Positions 9,913 to 20,094 of a stretch of DNA of 64,000 nucleotides are shown here, one piece after another. The notes beneath the pieces are model-generated. The model was not told where the DNA came from, ran no database searches, and was given only the letters and a program-made list of their open reading frames with translations. This stretch comes from Planctomycetota bacterium. GTDB taxonomy: Bacteria > Planctomycetota > UBA11346. The position numbers were made by a program, and so were the translations under genes. The first letter of the stretch is position 1, and each line of letters starts with the position of its first letter. Location: contig JBBRLJ010000010.1 in NCBI GenBank assembly GCA_038231435.1, positions 1-64,000 of the forward strand. The letters are read 5' to 3'.

Positions 9913-10638
9913 TCAAGAACGACGAATCAAAGAGCGAAGTCCGGAATCCTCGAACCGCTGGTCATTGGAACAGAGGACGAGATACCGAACGTTGAGGCGC
10001 CAGAGTCGCGTCTTTCCCATCAATTTGAAGTGGGTGTACGAAGTATTCGCCTTCAGGAAATCGATGAGAGCGGCGTAGTGGTTCAGCCGTCGAGTTTTTA
10101 AGCACGAATTTCCCCGATTATACCCGAGCTCAAAGATCAGATATCGACTGGCATCAGAAATTTTTCGAAGGTGCTGAGATGCTTCGCCCAATCTTTTCCC
10201 GCCGTCTGCCATCCACTGGAACACGCTCAGCATCAAAGTTAGATCGATCACTCGGTCGGGAAGCTCCACGGGATCAAAGGGGCACGAGTGCCAGTTAACG
10301 GAGGGGGCACGATCACGGGACAGGAATCTGCCAATTGCAGCATATCGGGGATTTGCCTCGAATGAGACCACCTTCGCGCCGAGAGCAGCGAACGAAAAAG
10401 AGTAGAATCCGCCGTTGGCTCCGATGTCGAGTACGGTTGAGTCCTTGATCTTGCCGTTGAGCGCCAGCGTCGCCGCGGACTGGATGAGCTCCCACTTCTT
10501 GAGAACCTGAGTCGTACTCGACGCGACCTTGAGCCCCGAGAACTCTGGGAATGGAATAGGGTGGTAGATGTCTCCATTCGACTCGAGCGGATTTCCCTTA
10601 ATATCCGCTACAAGCTCTTCGATTGAGGAGTAATTCAT
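9913..10638 (-). CDS. SAM-dependent methyltransferase (CmoB/DUF1698-like)
   Basis: Motifs VLDIGANGGFYSF and DLTLMLSVFQW. Confidence 0.8.
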   Translation of the reverse strand: MNYSSIEELVADIKGNPLESNGDIYHPIPFPEFSGLKVASSTTQVLKKWELIQSAATLALNGKIKDSTVLDIGANGGFYSFSFAALGAKVVSFEANPRYAAIGRFLSRDRAPSVNWHSCPFDPVELPDRVIDLTLMLSVFQWMADGGKRLGEASQHLRKISDASRYLIFELGYNRGNSCLKTRRLNHYAALIDFLKANTSYTHFKLMGKTRLWRLNVRYLVLCSNDQRFEDSGLRSLIRRS

Positions 10639-10694
10639 GCATGCGCCTCAGTGTGATGGTGAGGTGAAGGGGCTTGATGACGAGGATTCAGCCA

Positions 10695-11495
10695 TCAGGG
10701 AGTGCGCCGCCATCGCCGAAAGAGTGTATGCGAAAGGATCTGCATCACCATCAGCACGACGAATCGCGGATTGTTCCAGGCATAGCGCGCGAACAGGCGC
10801 CTCGGCTCCTGCCACAACCGGTAGAGCCATTCGAAGCCGCTGCGCTGCATCCATGCCGGAGCTTGTTTGACCCTGCCGGAATAGAAATCGAAGAAGGCCC
10901 CAACGCCGAGCATGACGGCACCGATGCGGGCACGGTGCTCGTGCATCCAGCGCTCCTGCTTGGGGCAACCGAGCCCCACCAGCAGGATGCGAGCACCCGA
11001 AGCCGTGATTTCGCCGATCGCACGATCCCGCTCGCTCTCGCTCAGGGGTGCGAACGGTGGCGACCAGGCGTAGGCACAGACGAGCCCAGGGCATTCCAGG
11101 CACAGCCGCTGCTTCAGCAGCTCGAGCCCGTCCGGATGTCCACCGTAAAGCCCCACCGGCACTCCGGCGGAGGCAGCCGCGGCGCACACGCGCATGGCCA
11201 GGGACGGACCGTAGACCCGATCGGACTGGCGCGTGCCCAGCGATCGCATCGACCAAACCAAGGGCCTGCCGTCGGGAACGACCAGGGCCGCGCCTTCGAC
11301 GATGCCCATGAAATCCCGCTGATCATGGGCTTCCATCACCATGTGGACGTTCGCTGCGCAGACATAACCGCCGGCTCCCGAGCGAGAGCGCTCGATCACG
11401 ACGGACACCGCGTGATCATAGGTGGTGGCATCGACGCGCATCCCCAACAGGCGTACGCATTGGCGTTCGGGGTCGCTTTCTTCGACGTGGATCAT
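10695..11495 (-). CDS. WecB/TagA/CpsF family glycosyltransferase (GT26)
   Basis: Motifs PDGRPLVW, RVYGP, VGLGCPKQERW, GVGAFFDFYSG..KQAP.WMQ..GFEWLYRL.QEPRRL. Confidence 0.93.
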   Translation of the reverse strand: MIHVEESDPERQCVRLLGMRVDATTYDHAVSVVIERSRSGAGGYVCAANVHMVMEAHDQRDFMGIVEGAALVVPDGRPLVWSMRSLGTRQSDRVYGPSLAMRVCAAAASAGVPVGLYGGHPDGLELLKQRLCLECPGLVCAYAWSPPFAPLSESERDRAIGEITASGARILLVGLGCPKQERWMHEHRARIGAVMLGVGAFFDFYSGRVKQAPAWMQRSGFEWLYRLWQEPRRLFARYAWNNPRFVVLMVMQILSHTLFRRWRRTP

Positions 11496-11631
11496 GCGTC
11501 GCTCACGCTCCCCCGGGCGGACATCCCACCGCGACCCTGGAACATGCCCAGGTCGCGGTGTGGCGTCGGTCTGACGCTAGGCGCGCCGCGCCGCTTATGA
11601 GCGCCAGGCCAGAGCGCGAATGCCTTGGCCA

Positions 11632-12948
11632 TCAGATTGTCCTATCAGCGGAATTCCCAGCTATTCCTGGCGCAAGAGCTTGGTTGCGTAGAAGTCTGCT
11701 CGACATGACGCTCAACTGTACCAGCAAGAGGAACATCAACGTATTGGCAGCCGTGACCAACGACTCGGTGAGGCTGGTGAATGCGATGAACATCCATTGC
11801 ACCATCAGGCAAACATGCAGAGGGGAGGTCGTCAGCAGTCGCCTACAACGAGATAGGATTACCCACATCCAAACCAAGGCTACCACGGTTCCAATAGCAC
11901 CGAGTTGTAGGAACCAATCGAGTGGACCATTATGTGCATGATTCGGATGCCAGGGGAAGGCAAGCCAAATAGTGCGGGATGGTTCGCCAAAGCCGTTCCA
12001 GAAGCCATTGAACCCGTAACCAATCAGGGGATGCCTTAACCCCATGTCGATGCACGCTGACCACAATGCGGTACGGCCAGTCAGGCCCTTTTCACGACCG
12101 ACGTTTTCGAGTACAGCATCCGACGCCATTGCCCCTACTAGGAGTGCCACGGCGCAGAATATGATGAGAGCAATGGCGCGCGTACGATGGGTCGGACCGA
12201 ACCACTTCGCCAAGGCCGCGAGCAGGAGCGCGCTGGCAAGTAAGATCAGAACGAGAAGGGCGGTGATCGCATGCGCGAAAATGATGAGCGTAAGATAGCT
12301 CCCAACGAGACTCACTCCCCATGGGGAGAAAATGGGAAGGCCCGAGCACCGGCGGAATCCCATATACGAGAGGATTCCGATCGATGCGAAGCACCCGAGA
12401 ATGTTCTTGTGATCGAAGATGCCCTTGAGGGCGATGAATCGCCCATCATTGTACCAGGCCAATTGTGGCAGCGCCAAAATGGTGAGGACGACGAAGGCCA
12501 GGCACAAGAGACAGGCTCGATGTATCAACAGGAGCTGCTGTCGGTAATCGAAACGCGTAGAGAAATAGGCAGCGAAGAGCGCTAGCCCTGAGAGTGCCGC
12601 GAATTTCCGGAACGAGATGCCCGGTATCGCGCTCCATGCGATACTTACACCGCACCAGACGACAAAAAGAACCAGAAGCTTTTGTTCCAGCAGCAGGCGC
12701 CACAGGCTGCCCAGACGCTGCAGAAAATATATTGCCGGATAGGAGTAGATCAGAGCATACGCAATCCGGAACCCTGGGTAGACGGGCTGCTCTTGTATGA
12801 TTTCCGTGGGAGGCGGCACGAACAGTCCCTTGAAGCCACTCATGAGTAGCACGATGGCCGCGACCACGTAAACGGTCTCGAGAGCAAGAGACGTCGGGAC
12901 TCTGCCGAGATCCGAGACGAAGGTACGATGGCGTTTTAGAAGCGTCAC
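11632..12948 (-). CDS. O-antigen ligase / Wzy-like polymerase (ExoQ-like)
   Basis: Multi-TM protein with GIFDHKN.LG, LTGRT.LW, P.IGYG...FW, HAHNG.LD..LQLG.IG. Confidence 0.88.
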   Translation of the reverse strand: MTLLKRHRTFVSDLGRVPTSLALETVYVVAAIVLLMSGFKGLFVPPPTEIIQEQPVYPGFRIAYALIYSYPAIYFLQRLGSLWRLLLEQKLLVLFVVWCGVSIAWSAIPGISFRKFAALSGLALFAAYFSTRFDYRQQLLLIHRACLLCLAFVVLTILALPQLAWYNDGRFIALKGIFDHKNILGCFASIGILSYMGFRRCSGLPIFSPWGVSLVGSYLTLIIFAHAITALLVLILLASALLLAALAKWFGPTHRTRAIALIIFCAVALLVGAMASDAVLENVGREKGLTGRTALWSACIDMGLRHPLIGYGFNGFWNGFGEPSRTIWLAFPWHPNHAHNGPLDWFLQLGAIGTVVALVWMWVILSRCRRLLTTSPLHVCLMVQWMFIAFTSLTESLVTAANTLMFLLLVQLSVMSSRLLRNQALAPGIAGNSADRTI

Positions 12949-12999
12949 GCGCCACGCAGGGAATGGACGGGTCGCGCAGAGCCGGTCACACCGACCGCA

Positions 13000-15900
13000 T
13001 TAGAAGGATATTTTCTCATACAGCCATGCGAACGATCGGTGGATCAAGCCAGGGTCGTTCCCGAGGAACGTCGCCTTGGCTCCGCGTCCGATCAAACGCG
13101 TGTCCGTTTCTGGAATGCTGACATGGAGGATCTTGCCGCTGCTGGAATTCTGCAGCACGCAAGCGGGCTCGCCTATACCCGCATCGAGATTCTGGGCCTC
13201 GACGATCCCTTCGAGGGTGCGGGAATCTCCACGTAGCCGGATCAGCACGGTGTCGCCCACATGGATCGAGTCGGCGACCGACTGCTTGACCGAGACATCG
13301 ATGGCGATGCTCGAGCTGTCGGCGATTTTCGCGATCGGATCGCCGATGCTGACGGCGGAATGATCAGGTGCGAGGATCCTCCAGATCTTGCCTGTTCTGG
13401 GATTCGTGAGGTCTGCATGCTTCAGTCTCGCGACCCTGGTGGATTCCAGTTCGATCTTATGACTGACAACTGCGCACTCTGCCTCGACCTCGGCGATCTG
13501 CTTCTGCAGCGCGTCCATCCGCTTCTCCTCCTGGGAGAGTGATTGGGCGATGGAAGCGAGATTCGTCTCGCACGTGCCGACTTCGGCAGCGGCCTGGTCG
13601 TTGGCCTGCTTCGCGATCTCGAATTTCTGCTGGATTGTCTTGTCGGCCGAAACCAGTGACGACCAATCCGTATCGGCGAGCTTGGTATCCGCGTGAATGC
13701 GTTGGAGTGCCGCGATCGACGCACCAGAAACCTCGGCCATGCGGGCTGCCTCTGGCAGTCGAGCGCCTTCCTGTTTGAGCTGTTCTCTGGCGCTTTCCAA
13801 CTTGGCCAGGGCGAGTTCATCCGCTTTGCGCAGGACGGCCAGAGCCGCGTCATGGATCACGCGCATGGCCGCAAGACGATCGCGCCTGGCCGCTAGATCC
13901 TTGGAACTGGCGGTCATCGCATCGAGCGTCGAGGTATCGACGTGGGCGTTATCGATCATGGCCAGAGCTTGCTGCTCGTTCAGGGTGTCCCCCAGCCCGT
14001 GATTTCCCAGTGTCAGGGTGCCGGTGATCGGACTTTGGATGGACCACACCCGGGCATTCACCACAGCTTGCTTGCTCGAGGTGAACGCCATCGGCAACAC
14101 CACCACGGTGAGCGCAGCGCAAGCGGCGGTGGCGATGAGGATGGCCATGGTCCTGGTCGGGTGGCGGACCGTAGCGTTGCGCGCGTTGGTGAGGGCTACG
14201 GCAGGGATCATCGACTGCGTGGTTGCCCGGACGGTCACGGTCGGGCGCCCGCGTGAAGACACGAAAGCCTTCGATGTGCCCGTGCCGACAGATCCGGTGA
14301 GCGCAGCGTTCTCGTGCGTAGGTGACGTGAACGGCTTTCCAGTGGTGGGTTCGGCGGGCCTCGAGGGGTACTGCTGCGAGGTGAAGAGCGATGCCGGCGC
14401 GGATGTCGTCAGAGGGACCGTCGAGGGGCTCGACGACCTGCCCGAGGCGTCCTCCATCCGCAACGCAGGGCGGACAGCCCCAGGGGTCACGAACGCGGCC
14501 GACTGGCGCAAGGCCGTGAGGTCGGCTTCCTCTGTCGCCACTGAATTCGCGGGCTTGGAGGTGAGCGCATCACCGCGCCCCGACTCCAACGCCCTGATCC
14601 GCCTCCGCGCCCGTGCTAGCCGGCGCTTGGTCGTCTCGAGGGCCCTGACCGACGACAACGGATCGGATTTCAGCTCGGTCAACTGCGCGTCGAGGCGTTG
14701 GTAGTCGCGGGTCACGGCCTCGAGCTTCATGCGCGTGGCGGCGGCCTCGGTGACCGAGGTTTCGCGGTCGTGGCGGGCCTGGGCGAGTTCGCGTTCGAGG
14801 GCTTCGGCGACGGCCGAGGCTGGGCCGGCGGAGCGGGTGCGCAGGGCGGTGAGTTCACGGGCGAAATCATCGCGTTCGGCGGCGAGCATGGCCATGCGCT
14901 GAGTCTCGCGCAGGGCGAGGTCCCTCAGCTGGCGGTTGGCGTCCTGGAGCTCCTGCTCGAGCGCGCCGATGCGCGCTTGGTCGGCGATGGATTGCATGTG
15001 GTCCTGCTCCGTTCCGGGGGTCGCGAGGCGAGCCTTGATCTGATCCAGCTCGGTGCGGAGTCGCTTGAGCTGGGCTTCGAGTTGATTGCGGCTCGCCTGG
15101 GATTCGGCGAGTTCGAGACGCGTCTGGTCGCGCTCGCCCGAGATCGTGCGGTACTGGTCGCGCGCCTGCTGCAGCAGCTGGTCGGCGGTCTGGTAGCGCG
15201 TGGATTCGACGGCGAGGCGGCTTTCAGTCCGGCTGAGGGCATCGGCGTGCGCGGATTCGCGCTGCCCCAGCTCCGAGAACTCGACGCGCAGCCGTTCGAG
15301 CTCGGCCTTGGTGGCATCGAGGTGAGCCTGGAGGCGATCGCGCTGTTCGCCCACCGCCTGCAGCTGGCGCAGCGAATCCGCCGCCTGGGTGGCGAGCTTC
15401 TGCTGCTCGGCGTGGCCGGATTCGACGGCCTCGCGCTGCTGCGACGCGGTGACCAGCTCGCCGCGCAGGCGGTCGAGCTCGGAGAGGAACTGCTGGCGCT
15501 CGGCCTGCGAGCGGGTCAGGCGCGCCTCGAGCTCGGGCACCTTGATGCGCGCGTCGGAGGCTTCGGCCTCGAGCGTCGCGAGCATGCGCTCGAGCTCGGC
15601 GATGCGCTCGTTGGCCTGCGCCAGCGCCGCCTGCTCGGCCGCGAGGCGCTTGGCCAGCTCGGTCTTGTCGGCCGACTGGTCGGCGATCTGGCCGGCGAGC
15701 CGCTGGACCTCGGTTGCGAGGCGGTCCTTGGCCGAGATGGCCTGGGCCATGGTGACGTTGATGCTTTCGCGCTGCGATGCAGTCACCTGCATCTGGCTCT
15801 TCACCTCGGCGAGTTCGCGTTCGACGCTCTCTGCGCGCTCCTGCTCCTCGACCAGGCGGTTGCGGGCCGATTGCAGCGAGGCGCGGTGCTCATTCGCCGC

Positions 15901-18900
15901 GGATTCGAGCTCGCGGCGTAGGCGATCGATCTCGGCGTTCAGTCGGGCCCGGTCCTGGACCGACTGGGCGAGCTTGGCTTGGACGTCCTCGCGCTGGTTG
16001 GCCGCGGACTCGACATCCTTCTCGGCTTCGACGAGGCGATCGGCGAGCTCCTTCGCGCGCACCTGGTCGGAGATCTGCTTGCCGGCGTCCGAGAAGGCGG
16101 TGGCAGCCACCGCGGCGCGCGCGTCGGCGAGCAGGGCGACGGCCGAGCGGGCCTGGTCGCGCGCCTCGGCGAGTTGGAGCTGCAGCGACTGGATGTCGGC
16201 GTCGGTCGACGGAGCGCTCGGTCCGCCGGCTTTGCCTTCGAGCTCGGCAATGCGGGCCTCGGCCTTGGCGCGGCTGGTCTCCGCCTCGATCGCGGCCTGG
16301 GTGGCGTTGGCCATGGCCGAGGCGTGGCGCTGCTCATTGATGCCGCGCTCCTCGGTGAGGCGCTCGAGCTCGGCGCGGACGTGGTCGCGGTCCTGCGCCA
16401 GCTCGCGGATGCGCGCCTGGAGCGCCTCCTGCTCTGCGGTCAGGTCCTGCGCGCGGCGGCGTTCGCGCGCGAGCTCGGCCTCGAGGGTCTCGGCGCGGAC
16501 GGTGGCTGACGACACCTGCGCGAGCAGCTCTGATTCAGGGATGGGCGCGGGCTCGCTGGGCACCTCGGTGCCGTCGGAGCGGAAGATCCGCGTCGTGCTC
16601 TTGCGGTGGGTGAGCTCCTTGTGCAGGGATTCGCGCTCGGCTTCGAGGCGTTCGTACGCGAGGTTCAGCTCCTCGGCACGCTTCTTCGCCGACGAGAGGT
16701 TTGCGCGCGCGCCCTCGAGCTCGGTGTTCAGCACGTCGCTGCGGCCGCGCAATTCGCCGGCTTCGCGGCGGCTGGCGTCGAGCTCGGTCTGCAGCGCCAC
16801 GGCCTTGGCTTCCTGGTCGTTCAGGCGCTTCTGCGTCTGCTCGAAGGTCTGGCGCAGATGGTTGACCTTGGCCGCGAGCATCTCGGCGAGCGAATGATCC
16901 TCGGCTGCGGCGGGATCCGAGGTGACGCGCTGCAGTTCGGCCTCGGTCGATTTCAGATCGGCGCTGAGCTCGTGCTTGCGCGCGTCGAGCATGGCGCGCA
17001 GCTCGACCACGCGACGCATCTCGGCGTGGAGATCGGTGCCCTGATCCTTCTTCGCGCGGCGCGAGGTGAGGTCGCCACGCACCTTATGCAGCTCGCGCTC
17101 CATCTCCTCGACCTTGCTCTGCGCGGCGCCGAGCTGGGTCTGCAGGTCGCGCATCACTTCCTGGTGCAGCTCCTTCGTCACTTCCAGCGCGGTCACCGTC
17201 GAGCGCAGGCGCTGTTCGCGCGCCTTGGCCGCCTGCTGGGCCTTTTCGCTGATCTGCTTCTGCTCGTCGAGCAGACCCTGGAGGCGGAGCTTCTCCTCTT
17301 GCAGGGCCTGCTCACGCTGGCGCATCATCGACAGGTCGGTGCGCGTCTGCAGGAGCTCGGCGCGGATCGCGCCCAGTTCCTTGACCTGCTTCTTCAGCGA
17401 TGATATCTCGCCAGTCGGCGGATCGCCGGCGGGCTTCGCGTTCTGATCGCGCAGGCCCTTCACCATGCCGATGAGCACGTCCTCGGCGGTGGTGGTGGCG
17501 GCTTCATTCCGGCCGAGTTCATCCCACAGGCGCGAGATCTTGTCGGTCAACTCGGGCGCCATGACCTTCGGGTCGAGCTCGCAGGCGAGGCGGTAGATCT
17601 CGGCGGCGAGCGAGCGCGCCTCGGCGGCGTCCTGCTGGTGCGCGTGCTGCTCGCTCTCGAGCAGCGCGGTGGCCTTGAGCAGCTCCTCGCGCGCGGCGTT
17701 CTGGCCCTGCGTATGGGTGTCGTGCAGCTGGTCGTAGGCCTTCTTGAGCTCGGCGAGCTGGGTCTGGGTGTTGTTCAGCTCGAGCCTGGCGGTGTTCGCC
17801 ACGGTCTTCGAGGAAGGGGGCTTTACGGGAGCCACGTCGCCGTCGAAAGCGGCGAACGGATCGTCGCTCTTCTCGCGGCCCTGGCGATCCGACTGCTCGA
17901 CAATACGGCGCAGCACGGCCTCGGCGAACTGCACCATCTGCGAGACGTCGGTGTCGTGCAGGCTGTCGCGCAACCTGATGATGCGCGTCGAGAGCGTCTT
18001 GTCCTTGTGCTGCTTAGCGAGGTCGCTCGCGACCTCATCGATCTCGGCGATCAGGCTGCGCACCTCGGCGATGTCGGCCTTGCGCTCCTCGAGCACCTCG
18101 TTGATCGCCAGGTGGGCGATGTGCACCCGGCCCTGGGCCTCCTCGCGATCCTTGATCGAGTGCTCCATCAGCGCGTTGTAGGCGCGGCGCAGGTTCTCGA
18201 GTTCGCCCAGCACCACCTCGAGCGCGTCCTGGCTGCCCGCCTGGGGCTGGTACGGCTGGCCCTGGGTGGTCTTGCCGGCGGGCCTGCCCGCGGGCTCGTC
18301 GACCTGCACCTCGAGAGGCGGATGGTCCTGTGGATGGTCCTGTGGAAGGTCGCGCAGGTCGGCGGCGTCGTCGATGTCGAACGAGTCCTCGTCGAACTTC
18401 CCCTTCACCGTGGTCTTGGGGCCGTCGAGATCGAACGAGTCATCCTGGTACTTGCCCCTCACCGTTGCGACCGCGTCCAGGTCGAAGGAGTCTTCGTCCT
18501 TCTTGGAGTTGGGCGTCGAGGTGGTGATGTTCAGGTCGATCTCGGAATCGTCGTGCCGCGGCCTGGCGGTCTTTCCGGACTTTCCGTCCTTGGAGTCCTT
18601 GGCACGCCTCGACGCCGCCGAGCCATCGGATTTCGCGTTCACCTGGGTCTGCTTGGCGTCGTACGCGTCCATGCGCGTGCTCTTGGGCCCGCGCTCCTTC
18701 TTCTCTTTCTCGGCCTGGTTCGGCGCGGTCGCGCTCTGGTACGCGCCGGTGTTCGCCTCGCTCGGATCCATCAGCAGCTGGCCGACGGTCAGCTGCATCT
18801 GCTGCTGCGGCTCGAACGCGAAGGTGTCAGGCGTGATCTGCTTCTCCTTCACGAACAGCTTGATCTGTTCGAGACGGAAGGGGCCCGACCAGCCGTTGCC

Positions 18901-18939
18901 GACGTACAGGTAATAGACGTCGTCGGTGGCTTGCGTCAT
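13000..18939 (-). CDS. Giant protein (~1,980 aa): N-terminal GYF_2 (DUF4339)-like domain, long coiled coil, single TM, C-terminal HlyD/Alg44-like membrane-fusion domain
   Basis: N-terminus YYLYVGNGWSGPF.LEQI......ITPDT; over 1,000 aa of heptad-rich E/Q/A/R/L sequence; TM MAILIATAACAALTVVVLP; lipoyl-like halves AVVNARVWSIQSPITG and NPRTGKIWRI......VSIGDPI. Confidence 0.8.
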   Translation of the reverse strand: MTQATDDVYYLYVGNGWSGPFRLEQIKLFVKEKQITPDTFAFEPQQQMQLTVGQLLMDPSEANTGAYQSATAPNQAEKEKKERGPKSTRMDAYDAKQTQVNAKSDGSAASRRAKDSKDGKSGKTARPRHDDSEIDLNITTSTPNSKKDEDSFDLDAVATVRGKYQDDSFDLDGPKTTVKGKFDEDSFDIDDAADLRDLPQDHPQDHPPLEVQVDEPAGRPAGKTTQGQPYQPQAGSQDALEVVLGELENLRRAYNALMEHSIKDREEAQGRVHIAHLAINEVLEERKADIAEVRSLIAEIDEVASDLAKQHKDKTLSTRIIRLRDSLHDTDVSQMVQFAEAVLRRIVEQSDRQGREKSDDPFAAFDGDVAPVKPPSSKTVANTARLELNNTQTQLAELKKAYDQLHDTHTQGQNAAREELLKATALLESEQHAHQQDAAEARSLAAEIYRLACELDPKVMAPELTDKISRLWDELGRNEAATTTAEDVLIGMVKGLRDQNAKPAGDPPTGEISSLKKQVKELGAIRAELLQTRTDLSMMRQREQALQEEKLRLQGLLDEQKQISEKAQQAAKAREQRLRSTVTALEVTKELHQEVMRDLQTQLGAAQSKVEEMERELHKVRGDLTSRRAKKDQGTDLHAEMRRVVELRAMLDARKHELSADLKSTEAELQRVTSDPAAAEDHSLAEMLAAKVNHLRQTFEQTQKRLNDQEAKAVALQTELDASRREAGELRGRSDVLNTELEGARANLSSAKKRAEELNLAYERLEAERESLHKELTHRKSTTRIFRSDGTEVPSEPAPIPESELLAQVSSATVRAETLEAELARERRRAQDLTAEQEALQARIRELAQDRDHVRAELERLTEERGINEQRHASAMANATQAAIEAETSRAKAEARIAELEGKAGGPSAPSTDADIQSLQLQLAEARDQARSAVALLADARAAVAATAFSDAGKQISDQVRAKELADRLVEAEKDVESAANQREDVQAKLAQSVQDRARLNAEIDRLRRELESAANEHRASLQSARNRLVEEQERAESVERELAEVKSQMQVTASQRESINVTMAQAISAKDRLATEVQRLAGQIADQSADKTELAKRLAAEQAALAQANERIAELERMLATLEAEASDARIKVPELEARLTRSQAERQQFLSELDRLRGELVTASQQREAVESGHAEQQKLATQAADSLRQLQAVGEQRDRLQAHLDATKAELERLRVEFSELGQRESAHADALSRTESRLAVESTRYQTADQLLQQARDQYRTISGERDQTRLELAESQASRNQLEAQLKRLRTELDQIKARLATPGTEQDHMQSIADQARIGALEQELQDANRQLRDLALRETQRMAMLAAERDDFARELTALRTRSAGPASAVAEALERELAQARHDRETSVTEAAATRMKLEAVTRDYQRLDAQLTELKSDPLSSVRALETTKRRLARARRRIRALESGRGDALTSKPANSVATEEADLTALRQSAAFVTPGAVRPALRMEDASGRSSSPSTVPLTTSAPASLFTSQQYPSRPAEPTTGKPFTSPTHENAALTGSVGTGTSKAFVSSRGRPTVTVRATTQSMIPAVALTNARNATVRHPTRTMAILIATAACAALTVVVLPMAFTSSKQAVVNARVWSIQSPITGTLTLGNHGLGDTLNEQQALAMIDNAHVDTSTLDAMTASSKDLAARRDRLAAMRVIHDAALAVLRKADELALAKLESAREQLKQEGARLPEAARMAEVSGASIAALQRIHADTKLADTDWSSLVSADKTIQQKFEIAKQANDQAAAEVGTCETNLASIAQSLSQEEKRMDALQKQIAEVEAECAVVSHKIELESTRVARLKHADLTNPRTGKIWRILAPDHSAVSIGDPIAKIADSSSIAIDVSVKQSVADSIHVGDTVLIRLRGDSRTLEGIVEAQNLDAGIGEPACVLQNSSSGKILHVSIPETDTRLIGRGAKATFLGNDPGLIHRSFAWLYEKISF

Positions 18940-19209
18940 CGTGCGGTCCGGCGTGGATGACGAGCGGATGAAGGCATGGTTCCTGCCGGGCACGAAGGGC
19001 CCTGTCCGAGGTGGAGTCAATGGAAGTATACGCTGTATTTGCTGAAAGTGCTTGCACTAGGCGGCTTGCGGCGAAAGGCCTGGTCAGGCACAAGGGCTTG
19101 TGGATGGACTGCAACGAACCGCAGCGTTGGGTGTCGGGTGCAACTATTGCATCATATGGAGTATGTGAACAGAGACCGCTCGGCCTGGTCTCGGCGACGA
19201 CGTCCGCCC

Positions 19210-19995
19210 TCAGCCGTACGCTCCGACCGAGTGCTTTCCCATCAGCCGCGCCTGCCGCGGGTTCGCCGCCGCGAGGATGTCAGCCTTCCAGGTGAAATTC
19301 ACGTACGGCCAGAACCGATGCGCGATGTCGCGCAGGCCATAGACGGTCTCGATGACATGGCGCGTACGGTCGGTCGTGCGATTGACCGAGCCGCAATGCC
19401 AGAGGTCGGACCGGAACAGGAGCGCATCGCCCGCCCGGCAGTGCACGGGCTGGGCGCTGCGGCCGAGCCAGGTGTCATCGGGTGAATGCGGGGCTCGACC
19501 CGAACGGTGGCTTCCCGGCACGATCAGGGTCGGGCAGAGGTCCTCGTCGATGTCGCAGAGATAGACGAGGGCCGAGATGATGAAGTACGGCGGATCGTAG
19601 CGGCTGTCCACCGAGAGCTCCTCGGGCAACGGCACAAAGAGACGATCCACGTGCAGCGCTCCGGCGACGTGGCCTGGCTTCGCACGCCAGGCCTTCTGAT
19701 TGACGATATGGCAATCGTCGCCCAAGGCCGATTCCACGATGTCGATGATCGGAACGAGATCGAGCACAGGCAGGAAGTGCGGGCTGCGGTTGAAGATGGT
19801 GCTGAGGAGGTCCTGACCCTGATAGACATGGTCGAGGCCATCGATCGGCACCATGTCTTCGACCAGATCGCGCAGGATCGCGCAATCCCGGCGTGGGAGC
19901 GCGCCTGGGATGACCGCGCAGCCATGGTGGTGGAGCGATGCCAGGGCGGTGGCGGTGCTGGTCGATGGAGGAATCGGAAACGGTTCCGTGGGCAT
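19210..19995 (-). CDS. Phytanoyl-CoA dioxygenase (PhyH) family Fe(II)/2OG oxygenase
   Basis: Motifs LHVD, IVPGSHR, AGDALLF.S.LWH.GS.N....R. Confidence 0.88.
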   Translation of the reverse strand: MPTEPFPIPPSTSTATALASLHHHGCAVIPGALPRRDCAILRDLVEDMVPIDGLDHVYQGQDLLSTIFNRSPHFLPVLDLVPIIDIVESALGDDCHIVNQKAWRAKPGHVAGALHVDRLFVPLPEELSVDSRYDPPYFIISALVYLCDIDEDLCPTLIVPGSHRSGRAPHSPDDTWLGRSAQPVHCRAGDALLFRSDLWHCGSVNRTTDRTRHVIETVYGLRDIAHRFWPYVNFTWKADILAAANPRQARLMGKHSVGAYG

Positions 19996-20094
19996 GGTCA
20001 ATCCTGGTCCAAGGTGATCCGGTCACCTGACCATATAGGAGATTTTATCGGCAAAGTCACTTGGTAGGGATGACCAAAGTGGTAGGATCTGAAC

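Noticed and set aside
14018..18960. Long plus-strand ORFs (407, 502, 440 aa and others) opposite the giant coiled-coil gene
   Set aside because: These are typical high-GC antisense shadows with no motifs. The same applies to 29250-30737, 48477-50393, 56541-58619 and similar ORFs.
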